Below, one piece after another: positions 25,693-33,084 of a DNA stretch of 34,705 nucleotides. Under the pieces are notes generated by a model. It was not told the DNA's origin. It was given only the letters and a program-made list of their open reading frames with translations, and did not search any database. The DNA lies in IMG/VR virus record IMGVR_UViG_3300020045_021233, positions 1 through 34,705 of that record; one strand, written 5' to 3'. Within the stretch, counting starts at the first letter, position 1. The number at the start of each line of letters is the position of its first letter. This DNA comes from a virus. Taxonomy: Duplodnaviria; Caudoviricetes. The translations under genes and the position numbers were made by a program.

Positions 25693-25738
25693 TGCCTTCT
25701 AAGCAGTAGGTCGAAGGTTCGAATCCTTCTGGGATCAC
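25693..25738 (+). mobile_element. attP core: 3' half of tRNA-Arg(UCU)
   Basis: Anticodon loop CTTCTAA (TCT 25698-25700), T-arm gaaggTTCGAATccttc, acceptor 3' strand gggatcac; no D-arm or 5' half; next to integrase. Confidence 0.85.
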
Positions 25739-25742
25739 ATAC

Positions 25743-25776
25743 AAAGCCACTAGAAATAGTGGCTTTTCTTGTTTTT
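25743..25776 (+). terminator. Terminator supplied to the reconstituted tRNA after integration
   Basis: aaagccacta-gaaa-tagtggcttt plus T-rich tail. Confidence 0.8.
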
Positions 25777-25846
25777 ACAATTTCTTATTTATACATTTAC
25801 TTGCGCATTTTGGCGTATTTTGGTATAAAATTGTAATATTTTTGTA

Positions 25847-27058
25847 ATGACATTATCTTTTCGATTGGATTCTAACTCTGAAAATAGTGATGGTTTTCCG
25901 CTGGTGCTGAAAATTACTCACAAAGGTATTCAGCGAAGAAAAATTATTGGTTACTCTAAAAAAAATCACTTCGATTTGGATGCCGAAATGATAAATACTA
26001 AACATCCGGATTATGAAATTTTGGCTCCAAAAATACTTAATTTTAAGTTGAAGGCGCGAAAAATGATTTATAAAAACTACACTGATGCTGATAAATTTCT
26101 GCAAGATCTATTGGCGGCCGATATTGAAACGATAACTTTTAATGAAGCTGCAACTGAAATTATCGCCGAAATGGAAAAATTAGCGGCGCAATTTGGAACT
26201 ATTAAAGATTTGAAAGGCCAAAACCGATTGAAAGGAAATATTAAAGTTTATCAAAATGTAAAGGCGCAATTTGAAAATTTTTCTAGTGATGTCCTTCTGG
26301 TGAATTTAGATTATAATTTGCTGTTGCGATTTAAAAACTACCAACTCGGAATTGGAAATTCTAAAAATACGGTGCACAATTATTTACGGACCATTCGAGC
26401 AATGTATAAAAAGGCAGCGATGAAATATAAAATTCCTGCTGCTAATCCGTTTGAAGGTGTGTTTGCCGGATTGAGCCAAAAAAGTTACAACAGTAAAAAG
26501 AAAAACATTACCAAAGAAGATATTTTAAAACTAGAATTGGCGGTGGTTTCTCAAGCACAAAGGAAATATCTCGATATGTGGTTGCTTCAGTTTTATTTTG
26601 GTGGATGTGATTTAATTGATATTTACTACTTGTATAAAAAGAGTTTGCGCCGTGGCCGTGTTTACTTTGAACGTAGTAAAACCGATTCTGGATTGCCGAT
26701 TGATTTGAAAGTGCATCCAAAAGCCAAAGCAATACTAGATCGTTACGAAAATACTACCGATGAATGGTTATTTCCATTTGATAAAAAGAAGGAAATCTAC
26801 GAAAGCTTTAGAAGTGCCTACGCAAAAGCATTGAAACAAATACAAAAGCAGCTTGAAATTGAAGTGTTACCTGGTGGTGGTGCTATTGGTGTGAAAGTCG
26901 CTAGGCATACATTTGCAACGATTGGTAAAAATCTATTGATTCATGAAGATATTTTGCGTGAATTGATGGGCCACGAACGTAATGAAGTTGATAATTATTA
27001 TAAGGATCGTTTTTCTGAAGCGGTTCGTGATGAAGCTTTGTTTAAGATTATTGGTTAG
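25847..27058 (+). CDS. int: Tyrosine integrase (Bacteroidota type, arm-binding + SAM-like + catalytic)
   Basis: FPLVLKITH N-terminus, NTVHNYLRTIRA, FERSKT, KVARHTFAT, ELMGH, DNYY. Confidence 0.9.
   Translation: MTLSFRLDSNSENSDGFPLVLKITHKGIQRRKIIGYSKKNHFDLDAEMINTKHPDYEILAPKILNFKLKARKMIYKNYTDADKFLQDLLAADIETITFNEAATEIIAEMEKLAAQFGTIKDLKGQNRLKGNIKVYQNVKAQFENFSSDVLLVNLDYNLLLRFKNYQLGIGNSKNTVHNYLRTIRAMYKKAAMKYKIPAANPFEGVFAGLSQKSYNSKKKNITKEDILKLELAVVSQAQRKYLDMWLLQFYFGGCDLIDIYYLYKKSLRRGRVYFERSKTDSGLPIDLKVHPKAKAILDRYENTTDEWLFPFDKKKEIYESFRSAYAKALKQIQKQLEIEVLPGGGAIGVKVARHTFATIGKNLLIHEDILRELMGHERNEVDNYYKDRFSEAVRDEALFKIIG
27026..27053 (+). repeat. Direct repeat copy A (3' end of integrase)
   Basis: cgtgatgaagctttgtttaagattattg; 26/28 identical to 27775-27802. 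Confidence 0.85.
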
Positions 27059-27291
27059 TTTTTATCTAACCATTCGTATAAATATGATAAAGTAAAACCC
27101 ATCGTACGTAAATTTGTAGATAAATGCATTGCCGGTATTTCTTTTTCTTGACCTCTGAAAGTTATAGTTCTAATACAGTTTGGACATTTATAATGTACAT
27201 GCGAAGTACCTTTGTGACGTTTTTTTTCACAATCATGTTCGGTCAAAAATCTTTCCCAATCACTTGTTTTTATGGGTCTATTATTACCCAA
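27055..27291 (-). CDS. hicA: HicA-like toxin
   Basis: 78 aa; ERFL...C...R.KGTSH..Y...RTITF....EIP..L...LR.MG pattern of HicA dsRBD-fold toxins. Confidence 0.7.
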   Translation of the reverse strand: MGNNRPIKTSDWERFLTEHDCEKKRHKGTSHVHYKCPNCIRTITFRGQEKEIPAMHLSTNLRTMGFTLSYLYEWLDKN

Positions 27292-27292
27292 A

Positions 27293-27691
27293 TTATGCTG
27301 TTGCTAAAAGTGTACGTTTTACCTTTTCTGGAAAATCAAAATTTTGCAAAATTCCATTTTCATCTACAAATGATTTTGAATATCTTTTTTTGTAAATTTT
27401 GTTAATTACCCAACCTAGACGATTAAGTTCGCCGCGACGTTGTTCTTCGGAAACTGAAAATAAATCATCGCAAAATAAATTAGAATTGTAATTTAGATCT
27501 TCAACTGATTCTTGTTCTGTTTTTCCATATCCAGAAACGTTTAAAGATGGTATAACACTAACCCAATATTCTCCTTGCTGACCAGTATAGCATTTTAAGC
27601 TTGCTTTTAAACTGTGTGCTGCCAGCGTTAAAGTTTCTTCAATATCCTGCCCTTTAGGAAGTTTTATTTTTTGTACAACTAAGTTTGACAT
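27293..27691 (-). CDS. hicB: HicB-like antitoxin
   Basis: YWVSVIPSLNVSGYGKTEQESVEDL is the HicB partial RNase H fold signature; adjacent to hicA. Confidence 0.7.
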   Translation of the reverse strand: MSNLVVQKIKLPKGQDIEETLTLAAHSLKASLKCYTGQQGEYWVSVIPSLNVSGYGKTEQESVEDLNYNSNLFCDDLFSVSEEQRRGELNRLGWVINKIYKKRYSKSFVDENGILQNFDFPEKVKRTLLATA

Positions 27692-27774
27692 TTAATAAGA
27701 TTTGTTTAGCGATGTAAATATATGAAAGTTAGTTAATATCTTGTATGAGATTTAACATTTTTATTTGAGAAATG

Positions 27775-27807
27775 CGCGATGAAGCTTTGTTTAGGATTAT
27801 TGAGTGA
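27775..27807 (+). repeat. Direct repeat copy B: relic integrase C-terminus (RDEALFRIIE*)
   Basis: cgcgatgaagctttgtttaggattattg then AG TGA; stop abuts the stop of ORF 27808. Confidence 0.8.
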
Positions 27808-28353
27808 TTACCAACCTTTATCTATTTTATTTTGAATAGTAAATAGATTAGTAAAATATTGGTTTAAACATTCTAGATCAGTTTTAATTTGAGAATTTTT
27901 TCTAAATGTATTATTGCTATCTCGTAAAGCAACCGATTCTAAATTTATTGATGAATTAGATGTGGAAACATTTCCTACGTTATATTGAAGTTGGTTTTCA
28001 AAATTAATACCAGAAACCGAAACTCTATACTTATTTTCTTTAATCTCAATTAAGAATTTAAAATTGAAATTTCCAGAAGCATAAAATGCAATTCCTTTGC
28101 ATTCAAGATTGTTATTGATAGAAGTTCCAGAATCTTCATTTAAAAAAGTAAGTCGTAATTGTTTTCTGAAATAACCAGTAACATCTTTATCGTTGGATTC
28201 AAAAACTTTTTGCCAAATAATAAAATTATTATCTAAGCTGAAATTTTGAAACTCAATTAATTCCTTTTCGTTATTAAAAACTTCAATGTATTTTGTGTTT
28301 TCTTGTGAAAAACAGATTGTAGAAATTAGCAATAAAAATAAAACTTTTTTCAT
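27808..28353 (-). CDS. Exported protein downstream of repressor (possibly DUF4468-like)
   Basis: Signal peptide MKKVLFLLLISTICFS-Q; FKFLIEIKENKYRVSVS motif. Confidence 0.6.
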   Translation of the reverse strand: MKKVLFLLLISTICFSQENTKYIEVFNNEKELIEFQNFSLDNNFIIWQKVFESNDKDVTGYFRKQLRLTFLNEDSGTSINNNLECKGIAFYASGNFNFKFLIEIKENKYRVSVSGINFENQLQYNVGNVSTSNSSINLESVALRDSNNTFRKNSQIKTDLECLNQYFTNLFTIQNKIDKGW

Positions 28354-28387
28354 ATAGTTATTTTTTAGCTAATATATTAAAAAGTAG

Positions 28388-28789
28388 TTATTTATCCAAA
28401 TAGTAATTTTTTTTAGCAGTTTTGATTAAGTCAATTTGTTTTATAAGTAATTTAACAATTTCTTCATGATGCACCTTCAAATTTTGGTCATTATTTGAAA
28501 TTGCCAATTCAATAATTTGATTGTGTTCGCTGATTTTTTCTTTTACTTGACTTATTTTTTCTTCAAATTCATCTTGAATAGTATAATTTTCTTCTGGTTC
28601 ATTAAGTGTATTATTGCTTTCTGAATTAAGAATTTTATGTAATAATTCCTTTTTTGACTCTGGAATCACTTCGCCTTTTTCGTAATTAGATATAGTTTTA
28701 AGAGAAACTCCAAGCTTTTTTGCTAGTTCTTCCTGTGTTAAACCTAATTTTTTCCTCTTTTGTTTTATTTCTAATGCGTTCATAATCAT
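28388..28789 (-). CDS. XRE-family HTH repressor (CI-like), no S24 peptidase domain
   Basis: IKQKRKKLGLTQEELAKKLGVSLKTISNYEKG; divergent from early operon. Confidence 0.85.
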   Translation of the reverse strand: MIMNALEIKQKRKKLGLTQEELAKKLGVSLKTISNYEKGEVIPESKKELLHKILNSESNNTLNEPEENYTIQDEFEEKISQVKEKISEHNQIIELAISNNDQNLKVHHEEIVKLLIKQIDLIKTAKKNYYLDK

Positions 28790-28812
28790 TGATTTATAAA
28801 TTATTTATGTAA

Positions 28813-28865
28813 ATAATATGAAATATTACTTATTTTATTAGGTTATAATATGTAATATTACTTAT
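28813..28865. promoter_or_regulatory. Two putative repressor operators in the genetic switch
   Basis: ataatatgaaatattacttat (28813-28833) and ataatatgtaatattacttat (28845-28865), 20/21 identical, near-palindromic, 32 bp apart; second overlaps TATATTTA -7-like box. Confidence 0.65.
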
Positions 28866-28897
28866 ATTTACACTTGTAAACATATATACGTTTTAAA

Positions 28898-29170
28898 ATG
28901 ATTGTCAAAGATACAAAAAGCATACCAAATCTGACTATAAGAGAAAAAGAAACTATAAATAGGTTCGATACATTTCATGTATGTAGTGCAATATTGCGTA
29001 GTTTTTTTGAAATGGGTTTTAAATCATTTGATGCTTTAAAAGCAATTATGATTTTTCATTATCCAGATATTGATTTGGTGAAATTAAAACGATTTTGGAA
29101 TTGTCAATTGATGGATGCCGAAATTGTTGAAAAGGTAAAAGTTGTTTTCGATAAACTTAAAGCTGAATAA
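28898..29170 (+). CDS. First early gene, Cro-position hypothetical protein
   Basis: Divergent from repressor. Confidence 0.6.
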   Translation: MIVKDTKSIPNLTIREKETINRFDTFHVCSAILRSFFEMGFKSFDALKAIMIFHYPDIDLVKLKRFWNCQLMDAEIVEKVKVVFDKLKAE

Positions 29171-29172
29171 CA

Positions 29173-29343
29173 ATGAAACTACAATTTTCCAAATTAGAAT
29201 TTGCTGCTTACTTTTTTTTGTTCTGCTTTTTTATGGCTGGATGTTTCGGTTATGATCTTGTTGCACTTGGATGTATTACTACAATGGTCGTGCTAATTGC
29301 TATTGATAGTTATTTGTTTAACCAGGAATTGAAAAAATTGTAA
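29173..29343 (+). CDS. Small two-TM protein (56 aa), not in ORF track
   Basis: MKLQFSKLEFAAYFFLFCFFMAGCFGYDLVALGCITTMVVLIAIDSYLF...; TAATG coupling to next gene. Confidence 0.55.
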   Translation: MKLQFSKLEFAAYFFLFCFFMAGCFGYDLVALGCITTMVVLIAIDSYLFNQELKKL

Positions 29344-29648
29344 TGGCACAACCAGTTTACATAGATGTAAATGAATTTATGCAACTATTGCAAGATAAAG
29401 GCTTGGTGATAGTGCATCAAGGCGAACTTGAAGCTAATGCCGAAATAAAACGGCAGCAGCTATTGAGAAAAATAGATTTGTCATTTTCTGAAATTGTGAA
29501 AGCAAAGTTTTTTCCGATTAAAGATACAGAAACATTACGACGTTGGTGTTTGTCTGGAAAATTTGGTAAAGATGGTTTCTACCAACTTGAAAACGGACAA
29601 TTTAGAATAGTAACCACGGCAATAAAAACGGTGCTTTATGGCAAATAG
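29343..29648 (+). CDS. Putative excisionase-like winged-HTH protein
   Basis: LSFSEI...TETLRRWC..GKF pattern; early operon. Confidence 0.5.
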   Translation: MAQPVYIDVNEFMQLLQDKGLVIVHQGELEANAEIKRQQLLRKIDLSFSEIVKAKFFPIKDTETLRRWCLSGKFGKDGFYQLENGQFRIVTTAIKTVLYGK

Positions 29649-29787
29649 TGAAATTATAGAAGTTGAAAACGAAAACGAATTGGTGAAAGCTTCTGCTGAA
29701 AACGGATGCGTTCCTGGTGAAGTGTGTGAGGCGATGGAATATTTTGAAATGATAACTCAATTTAAACTATGTGGGAAATTATGCTAG
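29638..29787 (+). CDS. Small Cys-containing hypothetical protein (49 aa)
   Basis: Overlap-coupled ORF MANSEIIEVENE...CGKLC. Confidence 0.4.
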   Translation: MANSEIIEVENENELVKASAENGCVPGEVCEAMEYFEMITQFKLCGKLC

Positions 29788-29918
29788 AAGTTTTGTGTGT
29801 GGTCATGGCAATGGCTGTTGTTGTTGATTGGGTTTTAATGGTAAAATCTATTACTGATTTAAATAAAGCCGAAAAGAGGTTTAAAGAACTTTTTGATGAA
29901 GAAATTAATTATAAATAA
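29781..29918 (+). CDS. Small membrane-anchored hypothetical protein (45 aa)
   Basis: Overlap-coupled ORF MLEVLCVVMAMAVVVDWVLMV... Confidence 0.4.
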   Translation: MLEVLCVVMAMAVVVDWVLMVKSITDLNKAEKRFKELFDEEINYK

Positions 29919-29924
29919 ATAAAT

Positions 29925-30353
29925 ATGGATCAAAAATTATTTCAGGATGTAAATCCTAAAGAAAGAATTCAACTTCTTTCGGACAATGCGGTTTTAATCG
30001 AAAAGAAAACCTACAGCCGTGCGCTGGATGTTGCTGAAGTTGCAAAGCTTCAAACAGAATTCGCGCAAAAAGCGATTGAGTTGAATATTGAAGAAAGTGA
30101 ATTGAAAGTTCACCGTGAAAGCTTTAAAATTAAAGCAAAACCTATCAAAACAGAAATGGCTGTTCTTATGCAAGCAATCCGTTCTGGTAGTGAAGAAATT
30201 ACCGAAGATGTTTATCAAATTTCGGATATGGAAAATGAAATGATGGGTTATTATAATAAAGATGGAATCTTAATTTTCTCTCGACCATTATTGCCAACTG
30301 AAAGACAATTTAGTATAACCGATGCATTTAAAACAGGAACACATGGAAAATAA
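29925..30353 (+). CDS. Conserved-looking phage early protein
   Basis: 142 aa with coiled-coil centre, MGYYNKDG.LI.SRPL...ERQ. Confidence 0.7.
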   Translation: MDQKLFQDVNPKERIQLLSDNAVLIEKKTYSRALDVAEVAKLQTEFAQKAIELNIEESELKVHRESFKIKAKPIKTEMAVLMQAIRSGSEEITEDVYQISDMENEMMGYYNKDGILIFSRPLLPTERQFSITDAFKTGTHGK

Positions 30354-31053
30354 TATAAAGCTAACTGTTAATTCAGAAAAAAATGAAGTAATAGTTTTAA
30401 CCGGAACTGCTGAACCGGTTTATCACGAAAAAGCAATTAATGTAAGTGATGCATCAATTAGTTCAGTTTATGAATATTTAAGTAAAAAAGATATTGAAGA
30501 AACTGAAATTTTAAATTCTAAATTAGAATTTAGCTATGATAAATTATTTATCAACTTGTATTTCAATGCTCGAAGCCGTAAGAATGATGTTGTTTTAGGG
30601 AAATTGAAACTTCATCCAGACCTGGAAAAATTCTCGATAAATTCTAGTAAAACTTATAGCACGTTTGAACTTGCTGATTTTATTAAAATGAATCGTCATT
30701 ATTTTGAAAATAGAGATATTGCTATGAAGCTTGTTTCTGAATTAAGAAGTTTTGAAGGTAAAGTGAATTCAGAAATTGAAAAGAAAGCTGATACACGTGG
30801 AAATCAAAAACAATTAATTCATCAAACTGTTGAGAGTAATATTCCTTCTGGATTTATTTTGGTTCTTCCAATATTTATTGGTCAAGAAAAATTGAGATTA
30901 GAAGTTGAAATTAATATTACTGCTGATTTCAGTTGTAGTTTAATTTCTCCAGACTTGAAGCAATTGATTGATTTGGAAACTAAAGTAATCCTTGATGAAC
31001 AACTTCAAAAAATCAAGGAATTGCATCCTCAATTACGAGTTTATGAAATGTAA
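30343..31053 (+). CDS. Early protein, possibly YfdQ/DUF2303-like
   Basis: ELADFIKMNR, D.RGN, NIPSGFILVLPIFIGQ motif; start at ATG 30343. Confidence 0.55.
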   Translation: MENNIKLTVNSEKNEVIVLTGTAEPVYHEKAINVSDASISSVYEYLSKKDIEETEILNSKLEFSYDKLFINLYFNARSRKNDVVLGKLKLHPDLEKFSINSSKTYSTFELADFIKMNRHYFENRDIAMKLVSELRSFEGKVNSEIEKKADTRGNQKQLIHQTVESNIPSGFILVLPIFIGQEKLRLEVEINITADFSCSLISPDLKQLIDLETKVILDEQLQKIKELHPQLRVYEM

Positions 31054-31062
31054 AGTTTAACC

Positions 31063-31097
31063 GGAATTATCGGAATTCCTACTATTCCGATAATTCC
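31063..31097. repeat. Perfect 14-bp inverted repeat, 7-nt loop
   Basis: ggaattatcggaat-tcctact-attccgataattcc; no U tract. Confidence 0.8.
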
Positions 31098-31111
31098 TAA
31101 TATTTCCAACT

Positions 31112-31633
31112 ATGAAATTTCCAGAAAAATATACCGAAAATTCAATAAGAACTTTTACAGAGAAAGTTTTTGATTTAAAAATATTAGATCCAGAAAGTAT
31201 TTGCATTGAAGATATTGCTCATGGGCTTTCTATGACGCCACGTTTTGGCGGTCAGTTGGATGGTTTTTTGAGCGTTGCACAGCATTGTTGTATGGTTGCT
31301 AGCTATGTATCAGATGAAAATAAATTGGCTGCATTGCTACATGATGCATCTGAAGCTTATCTGGGTGATATGCCATCACCTTTTAAAAAGATGCTTCCAG
31401 ATTTTAAAGAACACGAAAACCGATTAATGCAAGTGATTGCTGATAAATATGGTTTTGAATTTCCATTGAATACAGAAGTTAAAAAAGCCGATTATAAAAT
31501 GCTTAGTGTAGAATGGCACGAATGTGTAGTAAAGAAAAATGAGCAGTTCTATTGGACGCCAAAACAAGCGAAAAATCGCTTTTTGGAATTGTATTGGAAG
31601 TTTGAAAGAAACGAAATTTTAAAAGCGGTTTAG
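31112..31633 (+). CDS. HD-domain 5'-deoxynucleotidase, YfdR/YfbR-like
   Basis: IEDIAHGLS..PRFGG...SVAQH...ALLHDASEAYLGDMPSPFK...VKKAD. Confidence 0.85.
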   Translation: MKFPEKYTENSIRTFTEKVFDLKILDPESICIEDIAHGLSMTPRFGGQLDGFLSVAQHCCMVASYVSDENKLAALLHDASEAYLGDMPSPFKKMLPDFKEHENRLMQVIADKYGFEFPLNTEVKKADYKMLSVEWHECVVKKNEQFYWTPKQAKNRFLELYWKFERNEILKAV

Positions 31634-31634
31634 G

Positions 31635-31964
31635 ATGGCAAAGTTAATCGAAATTGATGAAGCTATGATTTTGTTACGGCAAAACGTAAGGCATTATCTA
31701 TGGAATAAACCAATAAGAAATTGGAGTGAAAATGATGTTAAAAATTTGCGTGCTGGGAAAAATATAAACTACGGCAATATTATGCGCGAAAAGTATAATA
31801 CTAAAGGTCAACCAATTGAGATAACTGCGCCAGATGGTGAGAAAATAATTGTAGAAAGTGTTTCGTCTGCTGCTAAAGTTACTAAACTTCAAGCTAATGC
31901 TATTTACGCAGTTGTGAATGGTAGATATGCAAAAACTAATAATTTCAAATTTATTAAAATTTAA
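31635..31964 (+). CDS. Protein with C-terminal NUMOD1-like DNA-binding motif
   Basis: ESVSSAAKVTKLQANAIYAVVNGR...NFKF. Confidence 0.55.
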   Translation: MAKLIEIDEAMILLRQNVRHYLWNKPIRNWSENDVKNLRAGKNINYGNIMREKYNTKGQPIEITAPDGEKIIVESVSSAAKVTKLQANAIYAVVNGRYAKTNNFKFIKI

Positions 31965-31966
31965 TT

Positions 31967-32350
31967 ATGGCTTTAAAAAAAGTTGTTCTTGATAAAAAAG
32001 TACATAGTGGTCGAGTGATTTCAATTGGTAAAGATGGTTCTTTTTTAGTTTCAACTGAATTGTCAGATGAAATTAGAAAAATTAAAAACTTATCTGTTGA
32101 GTTTTATCAAGATGATAAAATTGAATCTGATTGGTATATAAGATTTGGATCTGATTGTGAAATTAATGTCGTTGCTAAAGACGAAAAATCTTTTGCTTTT
32201 TACTCTAAAGAAATTAGAAGAAAAATATTTTCTTCTTTGAAAAAAAAAGAAGTTTTATTTGGTCGTGTTAGGATTAGAGTTGCAAAATCGATAGTTAAAG
32301 ATACTGTTGAAGTTTATCCGTTAATTACTGCTAATATCATTGAGTTATGA
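31967..32350 (+). CDS. Hypothetical protein
   Basis: ORF in operon context. Confidence 0.6.
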   Translation: MALKKVVLDKKVHSGRVISIGKDGSFLVSTELSDEIRKIKNLSVEFYQDDKIESDWYIRFGSDCEINVVAKDEKSFAFYSKEIRRKIFSSLKKKEVLFGRVRIRVAKSIVKDTVEVYPLITANIIEL

Positions 32351-33084
32351 ATTTTCAGTTTGATAGTGAAGTAGCAAAGCTGTATGGCGTGAATGAAGCA
32401 ATATTTATTAATAATATTTACTTCTGGATTAATCACAATGTGGCTAATAATAAACACTTTCATGATGGTAGATTTTGGACGTATAACACAAAAAATGCTT
32501 TTACTGAATTGTTTCCATTTTGGACTTACTCACAAATCAAAACGATCATCAAAAAATTAGTTGAAAAAGATGTATTACTAACTGCTAATTACAACGAAAA
32601 TTCTTGGGATAAAACGGCTTGGTATTCATTATCTGAAGATATTATTGAAATGTTTAAAAATGGTAGTAAAGTCAATGAAATTGCATTGGCTAAAAATCGC
32701 CAATCGAATGTCGAAAATAAGCCAATCGATAAGTCAGAATTAGCCAATCGAATGGCTAAAAATGAACTTTCATATATAGGAACAGATAATAAAACAGATA
32801 ATAAAACACAGATAGAGGGTTCACTCTATTTTTTAGAAAATAATTTTCCAACTGAATTTGAAAGGTTAATGATGCAATTCAAATCTGGAATAAACGATTG
32901 GAATCTTTTTGTGAGTTTGTTTGAAGCGAAAGTTGAAAAAGAGCAATTGAAATATGAATTACATATTATCTCTGGAAGGTTTAAGGAATTTGCAATTCAC
33001 TGGACCAAAAATCAAAACAAATTTGATAGAGTTATAAAAATTGAAGATGAAAGTCCTGTTTATTCAAAATTAAAAATATCGTAA
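32347..33084 (+). CDS. Replication initiator (N-terminal winged helix)
   Basis: FDSEVAKLYGVNEAIFI..I.FWI..N...DGRFWTYNT...LFPFW; internal iterons; upstream of DnaB. Confidence 0.8.
   Translation: MNFQFDSEVAKLYGVNEAIFINNIYFWINHNVANNKHFHDGRFWTYNTKNAFTELFPFWTYSQIKTIIKKLVEKDVLLTANYNENSWDKTAWYSLSEDIIEMFKNGSKVNEIALAKNRQSNVENKPIDKSELANRMAKNELSYIGTDNKTDNKTQIEGSLYFLENNFPTEFERLMMQFKSGINDWNLFVSLFEAKVEKEQLKYELHIISGRFKEFAIHWTKNQNKFDRVIKIEDESPVYSKLKIS
32686..32814 (+). repeat. Putative replication origin: iterons plus AT-rich tandem repeat
   Basis: GCCAATCGA at 32699, 32721, 32743 (22-bp period); aacagataataa x2 at 32781-32804. Confidence 0.7.

Noticed and set aside
25660-25740. Complete phage tRNA gene
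   Set aside because: No 5' acceptor strand or D-arm upstream of the anticodon stem; it is an att core
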